From a bacterium (GTDB taxonomy: Archaea; Thermoplasmatota; E2; JACPAO01; JAHFTW01), in NCBI GenBank assembly GCA_040390065.1, contig JAZJZE010000011.1, positions 32,001 through 96,000 of the forward strand: a DNA stretch of 64,000 nt, written 5' to 3'. Every line of letters starts with the position of its first letter. Positions within the stretch are counted from its first letter, which is position 1. The position numbers were made by a program, and so were the translations under genes. The notes beneath the pieces were generated by a model. The model saw only the letters and a list, made by a program, of their open reading frames with translations, searched no databases and had not been told where the DNA came from. Positions 1 through 9,135 of this stretch are shown piece by piece.

Positions 1-216
1 ATCGCAACGGACGTTGACCTCGGCGCCATCGTGGCCAAGCTGCGCGCCGTCTCCGGCGCAGACATCCAAGCCATCTGTACCGAGGCCGGCATGCGCGCCA
101 TCCGCAACGAACGCGAAGCCATCACGCAAGCCGACTTCCTGGCCGCCGTGAAGAAGTACGAGAAGGGCGAACTGCACAGCACGTTGTCGCTCAGTGGCGC
201 GCCACAATACGCATAG
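1..216 (+). CDS. pan: Proteasome-activating nucleotidase (AAA+ ATPase), C-terminal part; 5' end lies outside the window
   Basis: Frame is open from base 1: DVDLGAIVAKLRAVSGADIQAICTEAGMRAIRNEREAITQADFLAAVKK is the AAA lid motif (SGADIxAICTEAGMxAIR) of PAN/Rpt. It ends in QYA, an HbYX-like tail. Confidence 0.85.
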   Translation: MATDVDLGAIVAKLRAVSGADIQAICTEAGMRAIRNEREAITQADFLAAVKKYEKGELHSTLSLSGAPQYA

Positions 217-374
217 TCCCCCCCGGACGCGCCCGTCGGTGCCATCCGTGTTTCCGCGTACCCATGGGCTGAGGCATCCGTGGTGTGATGCCAAGCCGAT
301 GGCCGGCCACGTCAACCTCCGACGGCGGCGGCTGCGACGAGGTGGCCGCGTGGCTGGATCGCGCTCCGACTTAT

Positions 375-425
375 CCACTGAGCTCACTGAGACGACCCGT
401 TCAGTGAGTTCAGTGGGCTCAGTGG
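375..425. repeat. Inverted and tandem 9-bp repeat cluster (TCAGTGRGY)
   Basis: CCACTGAGCTCACTGA (375-390) is the reverse complement of both TCAGTGAGTTCAGTGG (401-416) and TCAGTGGGCTCAGTGG (410-425), with one mismatch each. Confidence 0.8.
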
Positions 426-447
426 TTCGTCGGTCGTAGGCGTGGGC

Positions 448-538
448 GGCCTGGAAAAACAGTGAACCCTAGAAAACGCCTGAAAGCCCCAACAGCGGGT
501 TTCCCCCATTTTCAGATGGTTCACTGTTTTCCGAGGCC
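448..538. repeat. ~90-nt imperfect palindrome / hairpin
   Basis: GGCCT-GGAAAAACAGTGAACC (448-468) pairs with GGTTCACTGTTTTCC-G-AGGCC (518-538). Inner GAAAA/TTTTC and GAAAGCCC/GGGTTTC pairs extend the stem. Confidence 0.75.
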
Positions 539-977
539 TCCCACACTCAGGCCAGACGAGACAAATCGGACCATTGGTGCAATCGCCGCCGGCGGCCCCG
601 CGCGACCTTCAGAAAGGTCAATCATCAAGCAGTGGAGCCTTCGCCTTTCCAAGGCTCCGACCCCACGGCGTGGACGCTTGCGGAACTCAATTTCGGCGGC
701 GTTTGGTGCTCGCCGTCTCTCGCCCCGGCCGGAGGCGTTTCTGTGGATTCGGTGGGCTCCAATGTCAGCCAGGCGTGGCGGCGAAGTCCCGTTCGATTTC
801 CTCGTTGAAGGAGCCGCCGTCGGGGCTACGCAAATCGCTCATCGGCCTTCGACAAGCAGGTTTGCCTTTGCCGCCATCCGGCCCGTTGTATCCAGCGTCC
901 CTCCTGCTCTTGCCATGACTCTCTACTACCGCACCCTGCCCGTGCCCTTTATGCCCCCCTTGCCGGTGGCGCCACCG

Positions 978-1568
978 ATGGAAGTCCAAGAGGCCCTCCG
1001 CCAGGCCGATGCGCACCTCAAGAACGCGCAGGAGCTTGCCGGCCGCCCCGTCGGCAAGGAGGAGCTTCTCTACATGTGGGACAACCAGATCACGGCGTTG
1101 GACAATTTCCTCGCCGACACGGAGGCCGTTCCCGATCCCGGCTTCAAGGCCAAACGCGCCGACCTGCGCGACGTGAAGAAGAAACTCACCGACGCCGTCG
1201 TCGCCTTCGAGGCCCAAGCCGAGGGCGGCGCCCCCGAGGCTCCAGGCGAGGAGCCGTCGAAGGAGGAATGGGTGCAAGTCTACCTGGAGCAGGCGCAGGA
1301 CATGATCGGCCTCGTCAAGGAATCGCTTGGCGAGAAGGTCAAGTCCGTGCAGGACCTCGTGAAGTGGGAGGAGCCGCTCGCCGTCGTCAACGGCTACCTC
1401 GCGGACTCCGAGCCCTTCCAGGAGGCCAACCGTGACCTGCGCAAAGCCCGTAGCGTCGTACGCATGGCGCGCAAGGACCTGAAGGCCGCCATCGACGACG
1501 TCTTCGTGAAGTGGAAGGCCGCCGACCGCGCCTCCGCATCCTCGGGCGACGACGAGGACGACGACTAG
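978..1568 (+). CDS. Hypothetical all-helical protein with an internal duplication and acidic tail
   Basis: Strong GC3 codon bias. TTTATG box about 25 nt upstream of ATG 978 suggests a leaderless start. The two halves share W...(FL/YL)AD(T/S)E...R. Confidence 0.8.
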   Translation: MEVQEALRQADAHLKNAQELAGRPVGKEELLYMWDNQITALDNFLADTEAVPDPGFKAKRADLRDVKKKLTDAVVAFEAQAEGGAPEAPGEEPSKEEWVQVYLEQAQDMIGLVKESLGEKVKSVQDLVKWEEPLAVVNGYLADSEPFQEANRDLRKARSVVRMARKDLKAAIDDVFVKWKAADRASASSGDDEDDD

Positions 1569-1913
1569 ATGTTCACGGGCGCCCACGCCATCCTGTACAG
1601 CACGGACGCGGAGGCCGACCGGGCCTTCTTCCGCGACGTCCTCGAGTTCCCCCACGTCGACGCCGGCCATGGCTGGCTCATCTTCGCACTGCCGCCCTCG
1701 GAGGTCGCCGTCCATCCCGGCGAGGCAAACGGCGCGCACGAGCTGTACCTCACCTGCCGCGACCTCAAGGCCACCATGAAGACGCTCAAGGCAAGGAAGG
1801 TCAAGTGCGGCGACGTCACCGAGCAGCGCTGGGGCACGCTGACCCACATCCAGCTGCCCGGCGGCGGCACACTCGGGCTCTACCAGCCCAAACACCCGCT
1901 TGCGCACGGCTGA
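1569..1913 (+). CDS. VOC/glyoxalase (extradiol dioxygenase-like) family protein
   Basis: GAHAILYSTDAEADRAFFRDVL...GWLIFALPPSEVAVHP...HELYLTC...EQRWG...LGLYQPKH. Abuts the upstream stop (TAGATG). Confidence 0.9.
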   Translation: MFTGAHAILYSTDAEADRAFFRDVLEFPHVDAGHGWLIFALPPSEVAVHPGEANGAHELYLTCRDLKATMKTLKARKVKCGDVTEQRWGTLTHIQLPGGGTLGLYQPKHPLAHG

Positions 1914-1941
1914 GGACCTGCGCCAAGCCGGGTGGCAGACC

Positions 1942-1947
1942 TTAAAT
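1942..1947 (+). promoter_or_regulatory. Putative TATA box of the tRNA-Val gene
   Basis: TTAAAT in a GC-rich context, about 50 nt upstream of the tRNA 5' end. Confidence 0.5.
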
Positions 1948-1995
1948 CGGCGCCCCAAGTCGGCGCAACGTCCCGGGACATCCCGGGGCAGCCAC

Positions 1996-2068
1996 GGGTC
2001 TGTGGTCTAGCGGTTATGACGTCACCTTGACATGGTGAATATCACCAGTTCAAATCTGGTCAGACCCA
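1996..2068 (+). tRNA. tRNA-Val(GAC)
   Basis: Acceptor stem GGGTCTG/CAGACCC plus discriminator A; anticodon arm TCACC-TTGACAT-GGTGA; T arm ACCAG-TTCAAAT-CTGGT; no encoded CCA. Confidence 0.97.
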
Positions 2069-2259
2069 CTGCACACGTCGAGTAGGATTGCGTCCCATCG
2101 CTGTTGGACGGAAAACGTGGGTCTGGATGGGCGCGAACGGCGGGCACGCCAACCCCCTGGTTTCGCCTGAACGCCTACAGACAGCGCTTCGTCCAGGCCC
2201 TTAACCATTATCAACGGGCCCGATGTAGCTACTGCGTGGTCGGTCACCGCATTCGCCTA

Positions 2260-3009
2260 GTGGAACCCGTTATCGTGGAGTTGCCGGGTGGGGTGCGTCT
2301 GCAACTGACCCTTCTTGGGGCCGCAACGCCTCCGGCTAGGCGTGGCCGCAAGCCCAGCCCGGCCACTCGTGCCTTGGTTGCGGCCTTGCAACAGGACGCC
2401 GCCGGGGGAATTGTCCGGGACCGTGCCGCATACCTTTCGATCCTGCGCCGCAGCGGCCACAATGGCTCAGCTGCAAGTGCTGGACTCATCGTGAATCGTG
2501 AAGCCAAACGCACCTTCGGCCACAGCCTCGGCCGCTTGACGGCCAGTCGAAGGCAGGGTCGCGCCGGCGCCGTCTTGCCGGCCCAAATGCGCAAGCGCCG
2601 GGGACGCAAACCGAACCCCGGAACGGTTGCCCTCATGCAGGCCCTATCCGCCGATGCCGCCTCCGGGCGCGTCCAGTCCCGTGTCGCGTACCTACGAATT
2701 CTCAGGCAAGGCGGCCATAAGGGTTCCAAAGCTAGCGCGTCTGCAATCCTGGCTCGAGAAGTACGCCGACACCTGGGTCACCCACTCGGACGACGAACAC
2801 GCACGCCCCGCATATACAAGGCCAAGTCGGGGGCCGGCCGCAAACCCACGCCAAACACGGTCGCCCTGCGCCAACGCCTAGCAACCGACAAAGCCGCCGG
2901 CGCCCTCCGAGACGCCACACACTACGTTCGCTGGCTCGTCGACCACGCCAACATTGGACTCAAGAAAGCGCGCCCGGTCGTGTACCGGGAATTGCGAGCC
3001 ATCAAGTAG
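2260..3009 (+). CDS. Very basic protein with three ~60-aa repeats (GRKP-x-P-x-T-x-AL...D.AAG...Y...RE); putative DNA-binding protein
   Basis: Three clear repeats beginning RRGRKPSPAT, RRGRKPNPGT and GAGRKPTPNT. The GTG 2260 start is inferred; the ORF is open from 2104. Confidence 0.75.
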   Translation: MEPVIVELPGGVRLQLTLLGAATPPARRGRKPSPATRALVAALQQDAAGGIVRDRAAYLSILRRSGHNGSAASAGLIVNREAKRTFGHSLGRLTASRRQGRAGAVLPAQMRKRRGRKPNPGTVALMQALSADAASGRVQSRVAYLRILRQGGHKGSKASASAILAREVRRHLGHPLGRRTRTPRIYKAKSGAGRKPTPNTVALRQRLATDKAAGALRDATHYVRWLVDHANIGLKKARPVVYRELRAIK

Positions 3010-3180
3010 CCTGGCCGAGAAACGCAAAGCCCTCCTTGCGGGCGTCCGGATCCTCGTAGGCCATGGGCGTGCAGCTTGGCTCAACTTCCGGGTCTCGGGA
3101 AACACTTTCCCTCCCCTGAGCAACAGGAGGGGCTGCCACGCGGTTCGAACTTTCCGCAACTTTCCGCAAATTCCCTCAAA

Positions 3181-3217
3181 CTGGTCTTTCAACTTTCCCT
3201 CCTGTTGGGAACCTTCC
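3181..3217. repeat. Dispersed non-coding repeat motif A, copy 1
   Basis: CTGGTCTTTCAACTTTCCCTCCTGTTGGGAACCTTCC, similar to 3393-3429, 16719-16752 and 53102-53138. Confidence 0.6.
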
Positions 3218-3320
3218 AGGAAACGAACCCGGCATCCTTGCGTCTTGGTGCGGCCGTGCGCGCCAAATCTTGGTCGGCCTGCCCTCCAGGCGGCCGGGCC
3301 ACGTCATTTCCCGCCCTCAG

Positions 3321-3430
3321 GTGGCCAAGTCCCTCTCCTGGGCAACAGCAAGGGCCACGCGGCCGGGGTCATCGCCCGCCACTTCCCTCGATCTGGTGCT
3401 TTCACTTTCTCGCCTGTTGGGCACTTCCCG
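3321..3430. repeat. Dispersed repeat A, long copy; direct repeat of 53020-53140
   Basis: GGCCA-GTCCCTCTCCT...TCGCCCGCCACTTCCC..GATCTGGTGYTTTCACTTTCTC.CCT.TTGGG is shared with 53020-53140. Confidence 0.7.
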
Positions 3431-3639
3431 CCAAACGAAACTCGAAGCCGACTTCACCCCGAGATTCTTCGGCCCCCCCCCGGCATTTTTCCAGAGGTGG
3501 CGGGCGCCGAAAAGACCAACGACCTCCATGCAGGCGGCGCCGGTCGGTCTCGATTGACGCGGGCGATGCGGGAAGTGGGCCTGCTGTGCTATCCGCGTCA
3601 CGCCAGGTGCACGCAACTGGCCGGCGATATGCAAACTGT

Positions 3640-3700
3640 TTCAAATTGCGTCAAAATGCACTTTCAAAATGTTCCCCTGTTGAGCAAAATGCTCCCGACG
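3640..3700. repeat. Dispersed repeat B (CAAAAT-rich), similar to 16870-16940
   Basis: TCAAATTG..CAAAATG...CTTTCAAAATGTT....TGTTGRGCAAAATGC.CCGAC is present at both loci. Confidence 0.65.
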
Positions 3701-4218
3701 ACTCTGCCGAACGGAGGCACAAAACAAGTCGTCCCCTCTCACCGTGCCCCAGCGCGTTGCTTTCACTCGCCGCCTGGAAACCCAAGCCGGCCTGCACCAC
3801 TGCGACTACGTGTCGCAATCCCCAGTCGGAGAGTGCGCCCGTCCATGAAACCCCAGAGCGCTCGTCTGCGCTCCGCACCCTCCGGCCGTTAACCGGCACG
3901 ATAGCCGATGGAGGCTTGTTCTGCAACGAGAGCCGGGGCAACTCAAGGGCACCGGGTACCGCGGTCCTGAATGCTGCCCATGGAACGTCCAGGCAGACGG
4001 GAGAAGCATGTCCATTGGAAGCCGTATGGCGAAATCTCCTCTGGCTTTGGCCACAATGTGGGCCCGATTGCAGCTGCATCCAGTTCCAAGAGGCCCTCCA
4101 GGGCGTTCTGGAGTGACGTGCGCGGCGAGGGCCGGGGTTTCCGAACGTCCATAAAGACGGGGAAAACGCGTTTTCGCCAAGGAGTGCAAGTTGCCGAGCC
4201 TGAATCGGCGGCCCGGCG

Positions 4219-4500
4219 TCATCGAATCGCCTCGAACAGTCCCGCCTGGCGGGCGGCCATGGGCGCGGGTCGTAGGTGCGGGGCGGCAACGCGCGGATCC
4301 GGAAACAGAGGGTCCAGACTCTCCGGCCTGGTGTCGGCCGCTGGGCGACCGTTCCAGCCGACCTGGACGAAGCGATTGTCCAAGTGCCGAAGGAGTGTCG
4401 GGCGGTAGTGGGTGGGTTGCCAAGACACGGCGCGCACCGCATCGATTGCCTCAGGCGTCACGCAATCCCTCGAGGCCAAGGAGAACCTCGTCGAACTCAT
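4219..4500 (-). CDS. Small hypothetical protein
   Basis: ATG-started 93-aa ORF, co-oriented just downstream of the DUF6015-like gene; no recognisable motif. Confidence 0.3.
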   Translation of the reverse strand: MSSTRFSLASRDCVTPEAIDAVRAVSWQPTHYRPTLLRHLDNRFVQVGWNGRPAADTRPESLDPLFPDPRVAAPHLRPAPMAARQAGLFEAIR

Positions 4501-4561
4501 GACAAAAGAGGCGCCCTAGCCGGCGTTACTCATTTCACCCCGGCTAGCGCCCAAAGAGCAA

Positions 4562-5131
4562 TCAACCATGGGACCCAGCCGGGATGCAATGCCACGAATT
4601 TGCGCAGCGTTGGCAGGTGACGAACATCGTTTTCCTGATTTTCTTCATGGGGAAGCGCCCTTTGACTTCGTCCAAACTCGTTCCATCCGTCGCTTGGATG
4701 AAGAAGCCCGTTTGGGACCCGCACCTTCTACAGCACAAAACCTGCCTGGCTTCGACCGTCTCATGCACGGGCCGCTTCGCCAACGGAGGTTCAGGCAGTC
4801 GCTGAGCGCAGGCCAGCGATTGGATTTGGCCCAGGTTTAGCCGCCAGGAGTGAGTTGCACGGGCTGGGCTGCTGAACCCGCCGGTTTCGTGCCTTTCAGC
4901 CGACACCAGCCCCTTCTCTTCGAGAATCCCGAACAGATGTCGGTCCTCGGGCGACAGGCCGTGATCATCAAGGCGTTCCGCGCCGCCAAACGCGGTTAGC
5001 ACGAGATGAGCGTCCTGGAGTGCTTCCTCGTGCCGGATGGCCACTAGCTGGGTCAGGGCGCTTGCAAGGCTTTCCACGGTGGTAGTTTGCGCAGCAAAGC
5101 CGTCAACGTTCGCCAAGCTCTGCCTCTCCAT
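4562..5131 (-). CDS. DUF6015-like winged-helix protein with C-terminal Zn ribbon
   Basis: VLTAFGGAERLDDHGLSPEDRHLFGILEEKGLVSAERHET...HSWRL resembles the Thermoplasmatota DUF6015 motif (FG...D..L.PEDR.LF..LE..GL...RE...H.W.L). C-terminal CRRC...CQRC. Confidence 0.7.
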   Translation of the reverse strand: MERQSLANVDGFAAQTTTVESLASALTQLVAIRHEEALQDAHLVLTAFGGAERLDDHGLSPEDRHLFGILEEKGLVSAERHETGGFSSPARATHSWRLNLGQIQSLACAQRLPEPPLAKRPVHETVEARQVLCCRRCGSQTGFFIQATDGTSLDEVKGRFPMKKIRKTMFVTCQRCANSWHCIPAGSHG

Positions 5132-5482
5132 CCCGCGATTTGCATCGAGACGGGCCGTCCGCCGCTCATTCCGCTCCCCCTGCCACCATGCAAAACCCCG
5201 TACCTTCATCCACGGGGAGGCAAACCACCGCGGCTTATGATTTGATTGGCTGCATTCGTCCGGCAGGCACTGGCCTGGCCCAATCGAGACAGAATCCTTG
5301 CCGCAGCCTGGGCTCGCGCCGGTGCCTTGTCGACGACCTCGGCGCCCCGGCCGCGGGCGCCAGCCCCGCGGCATGTGGAAGCCTCACCATCCGGCGCGCC
5401 GTCGCCGTCCCGCATGACACGCGCAAGCCCACACCTACGAAACCACCGGCCCGCCACAGGGAGCCGCCAAGGTGGTGGCGCG

Positions 5483-8400
5483 CTACCGTCGGCGGCGAAT
5501 GGTCACGCCGACGGCGCAGAGCCCCGCGACGCCCAAAATGGCGCCCACAAGCCCCACCAAGAAGGTGGGATCGGTGGCCGCGGGCGGGGCGCCGTCGCCC
5601 CTGCGTGCCGGAGACACGCTCACCGTGGCTGGATGCTGGTAGGTCGCTCCCGTCAGGCTGTCGCCGGTGCGCATCGTCACCTGGTATTCCCCGCTAGCCG
5701 CGTAGGCATGCGTGGTCGGGCCGGTGGTCATCTCAACTGGTGCGCCGTCGCCGAAGTCCCACAGATAGGATGGTGCCGAAATTGAGGGGGCGGCCGTGAC
5801 CAAGCCCCCAGGTCCGACCGTGAGCATGAATCCCGTGGCGGGGACGGCCGCAGCGTGGTTGACGGGCGGCATCGCCGAGACGCTGAAGGACACCATCGAC
5901 GACGCCGCTGCGAGGCCGTCACTGACTTCGACGATGAAGCCGTAGGTACCCGCTTCAACGACGGCGACGTGCACTTTGGATTCCGACGAGGCGGCGACGG
6001 GCACTGGCGGTCCGGCAAGCTGCGTCCAATGGAACGTCAGGAAATCGCCGTCTGCATCGCTTGACCGCGAGGCGTCCAGGGTGACGGTCTCGCCCACGTT
6101 TGCCCCACTGGGCGCGATGGCCTGCACCACCGGCAGGATGTTGCCGTTGTGCACCATGACCATGACTCCGTCGATGGCGGTTTTTTCGGCGAGGGAAGCG
6201 GTAACTTCGAAGTACAGGGCTACCGGGTCTCCTCGAACGTCGGGGGCCGTAAAGGAAGGATGTGCCGTACCCGCGCCAGCCAGCAAGATGTGCGGTCCTG
6301 CACTCTGGATCCATTCGAATGACGCACCGCCGGGTCCGGTCGCCTGTAAGCTGACCGGGGTGCCGGAGAGCGCGGTCAGCGGATTGCCTGCCTCGACGCC
6401 GAAGGCGGGAGGTGTCGAGGGGTCCGTTGGCTGCGAGGCGGGTGGCTGCGCCGGCGCAGGGTTCTGTGCCTGCCCGGTTGGCGCAAGGACCGACTGCACC
6501 CGGCACGTGGTGAGGCTTCGCCCGCCGTAGCCGTCGCGCGCCGTGAGGCAGACGCTGGGCGACCCGACGACGCCGAAGATGTGTGTGGGGTTGCGCGCGG
6601 ACGATGTGTAACCGTCGCCGAAGTCCCACGTCCACGCCGCGACGGCGTCGCCTTGGTCCGGGTCCGACGATCCGTCGACGAAGACGACGGCCTCGCCGAT
6701 GCGGGACGTGCTCGGCGCGGCCGTGAACCTTGCGGTGGGAACCTGGTTCACCTTCACTGTGATGGACACGGTCGCCGATGCGGAGGCACCGCCGCCGTCT
6801 GTCACGGTGTAGCTGAAAGATTCCGGCCCCACGTAGCCGGTGAGGGGTTTGTACTTGATGTCCGGCCCCGCGATGACGGCCGCACCGCCAGCCGACGGCA
6901 CCGTCACGGATGTCACGGCGAACGTCGACCACGAGGCGGGGCCGCCTGCCTCCGCATCAACATCGTTGATCGTGACGCGCGGGGCGAGCGCTGCAAGCGG
7001 CGTGTCCTTGATGATCGTGTAGGTGTCACCTGATGGCTGTGGCGTGTCGTTGACGCAAGCGACGTTCAAAGTTGCCGTGGCGGTGTTGACAGCGGCAAGG
7101 GCCGTTGCGTCGTAGAGTTGGTAGACGAAGGAATCTGTGCCGCAGAAGCCGGCATTCGGCCGGTAGGCGAAGGCACCGCTCGACGAAAGGGGCGTCGTGA
7201 GGCTGCCCTGGGAGGGCCCCGAGACGAGAGTCGATTGCAGGGTGTGGCCAGGTGGGTTCGGGTCGTTGCAAAGGACCCCACCGGGCGCGGCACAACCGGG
7301 GAGAGCCGTCGCCGCAAAGGGAGTTGCGCACAGCAAGGCCGGTGAAGCGCTGCAGTCCTCGTTGAGGTTGTACGTGTCTGCGGCGGCGGTAGGGGCGCCG
7401 GCAGCGCACGTCACCGTGATGGCAACGGTCACCGTGTTGAAGTCAACATTGTCCGTAACGTCGTGCAGCGTATACTGGAAGGAGTCCGGTCCGCAGTAGC
7501 CGATGGTGCCAGTGTAGGCGATGCCGCCTTTTGCAGCGAGGGTGAACGCGGCGGCGTGCGTGGGCCCGGAGGCCGCGACGAGGACCGCTTGGAGTGCATG
7601 GTTCGCGGTGTCCTGGTCGTTGCACAGGACGTCCGAGTAGGGGCCGCCGACGGTGGCGGGGGGAGTCGCGCAGAGCCCAGACACAAAGGCGGTCTCCTGC
7701 GCGACAGTGTATGCATCGCCGATGGCCGACGGCGCGGGTGGGGCTGCTCCATCGTTGTCCGCCACACTTGCCGTGACGGGAACGACGGAGATGCCGTTGT
7801 AGAAGGGGTCGGCGCTTGAGGCGCTGTGGCTGGTGACACCGGGGTGTGGGTTGGCTTCGGTGACAGCGTCGTCGACCGCACCCACGGTGATGGTTTGCGG
7901 CGAAGACCACGTCGCTGCCGTGAACGTTAGGGTGGCAGGCGCGCGTGTGACCTGGGCATCCGCGGTGACGGTGACCATGACGGCGGCCGTAGGTTGGCTG
8001 TTGAGTTTGACCGTGTAGGTATCGGTGGCGGCGCTGCCTTCGGCGACGGCGGTGCCACCGCCGGTTTCGGCGACGATGACGCCAGCCACGTCATTGTCGG
8101 TCACGGAGACGGCCAGCGAGCGGCTTGCACCGTCATACTTCGGGTCGTTCGAGCTCATCGAATGCAGGATCGAGGACAGGAGGGGGCTCGTCTCGGCCAC
8201 GGCATCATCGATTGCGGTGACCGTCACAGTTTGGGCCACGTTCCAGTTCGCCTGGCTGAACGTCAACGTGGCCGGCGTCGTGGTGACTTGCGGCGACGAC
8301 ATTGTCACCGTGACCGTCCCGACCGTGGGGTCTGCCGAACTGGCAGGCTTGAACGGCAGGCGGACCTGGTACGTATCCGTGGTGCCGCCTTCCGTGACGT

Positions 8401-8974
8401 CCGTCCCGGTCCCCGTGGGTACGAATATGACAGTGCCTCGGTCGTTGTCGTAGACAAGAATCTGGTATGTGTGACTCTGGCTCCCGTAGTCCGGCGTGCT
8501 CTGCGTGATGATGGTCGAGACGGACGGGTTGACGGGGTCGATGACGACGCCGTCCTCAAGGGCCGTAATCTGGTAGTTCTGGTCTTGGCCATAGGTGGAC
8601 GGGAAGAACTCGAACGAGGCTGGGCTCACCTGGATGTCTGCATTCTTGTAGTAGGAGTATGGCGTCCCCCCCGGCGATGGGGTCCCGCCCGGGATGAGGA
8701 AATCGACGCGCGGCGGCACGCCATCGGTCATGGCGCCGGTTGCCACTGCAATAATTCCATGGATGGTGAAGGACGTCGGCGGGTCGCCCTCGACGATCTC
8801 GAGGCCTGCGGCCGGAAGCGTCGTGGACCAGAAAGTATGGTTGGCCTGCGCGTGCGGGACGAGAGCGAGACCGAAAAGCAACACAGCCAAGCCCAGCCCC
8901 CGGCGCGCCCATCGATTTTCCCCCGCATCTCGCACGTTCTTGCCGCAAGCGCGACGCCCACTGGACCAATCCAT
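5483..8974 (-). CDS. Large surface adhesin: signal peptide, Calx-beta/cadherin-like and Ig-like (Big_9) repeats, PKD domains, C-terminal TM anchor
   Basis: Signal peptide (LAVLLFGLALVPHAQA); TLTF...W...QTVTVTAxDD repeats; DVLxND...G.F.Y.P..G.CG.DSF.Y repeats; WDFGDG PKD motifs; TM followed by RRRR. Confidence 0.88.
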   Translation of the reverse strand: MDWSSGRRACGKNVRDAGENRWARRGLGLAVLLFGLALVPHAQANHTFWSTTLPAAGLEIVEGDPPTSFTIHGIIAVATGAMTDGVPPRVDFLIPGGTPSPGGTPYSYYKNADIQVSPASFEFFPSTYGQDQNYQITALEDGVVIDPVNPSVSTIITQSTPDYGSQSHTYQILVYDNDRGTVIFVPTGTGTDVTEGGTTDTYQVRLPFKPASSADPTVGTVTVTMSSPQVTTTPATLTFSQANWNVAQTVTVTAIDDAVAETSPLLSSILHSMSSNDPKYDGASRSLAVSVTDNDVAGVIVAETGGGTAVAEGSAATDTYTVKLNSQPTAAVMVTVTADAQVTRAPATLTFTAATWSSPQTITVGAVDDAVTEANPHPGVTSHSASSADPFYNGISVVPVTASVADNDGAAPPAPSAIGDAYTVAQETAFVSGLCATPPATVGGPYSDVLCNDQDTANHALQAVLVAASGPTHAAAFTLAAKGGIAYTGTIGYCGPDSFQYTLHDVTDNVDFNTVTVAITVTCAAGAPTAAADTYNLNEDCSASPALLCATPFAATALPGCAAPGGVLCNDPNPPGHTLQSTLVSGPSQGSLTTPLSSSGAFAYRPNAGFCGTDSFVYQLYDATALAAVNTATATLNVACVNDTPQPSGDTYTIIKDTPLAALAPRVTINDVDAEAGGPASWSTFAVTSVTVPSAGGAAVIAGPDIKYKPLTGYVGPESFSYTVTDGGGASASATVSITVKVNQVPTARFTAAPSTSRIGEAVVFVDGSSDPDQGDAVAAWTWDFGDGYTSSARNPTHIFGVVGSPSVCLTARDGYGGRSLTTCRVQSVLAPTGQAQNPAPAQPPASQPTDPSTPPAFGVEAGNPLTALSGTPVSLQATGPGGASFEWIQSAGPHILLAGAGTAHPSFTAPDVRGDPVALYFEVTASLAEKTAIDGVMVMVHNGNILPVVQAIAPSGANVGETVTLDASRSSDADGDFLTFHWTQLAGPPVPVAASSESKVHVAVVEAGTYGFIVEVSDGLAAASSMVSFSVSAMPPVNHAAAVPATGFMLTVGPGGLVTAAPSISAPSYLWDFGDGAPVEMTTGPTTHAYAASGEYQVTMRTGDSLTGATYQHPATVSVSPARRGDGAPPAATDPTFLVGLVGAILGVAGLCAVGVTIRRRR

Positions 8975-9135
8975 AACTGAACACCCTGGAACACCGCCTT
9001 AAGTTTTGTCGCCGGGCCGAGTGTAGCCAAAGGACAACGAATGGGCCGGACTTAGCCAATCGGTGGCCCTCATGCAGCCAATCGAGTTATGACGTGCACA
9101 TGATTGCTCGCCTTTTGCCCCGCACGGGGGTCGAG

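Noticed and set aside
765-1958. 397-aa minus-strand ORF
   Set aside because: Antisense shadow of two well-supported plus-strand genes in high-GC DNA.
1996-2068. tRNA-Val as attachment site of an integrated element
   Set aside because: No duplicate of the tRNA 3' end and no integrase were found by eye in the window. This cannot be excluded beyond the window.
2954-4200. Overlapping 200-350 aa ORFs in several frames
   Set aside because: Low-complexity Pro/Arg/Ser translations without codon bias. The region carries non-coding repeats A and B.
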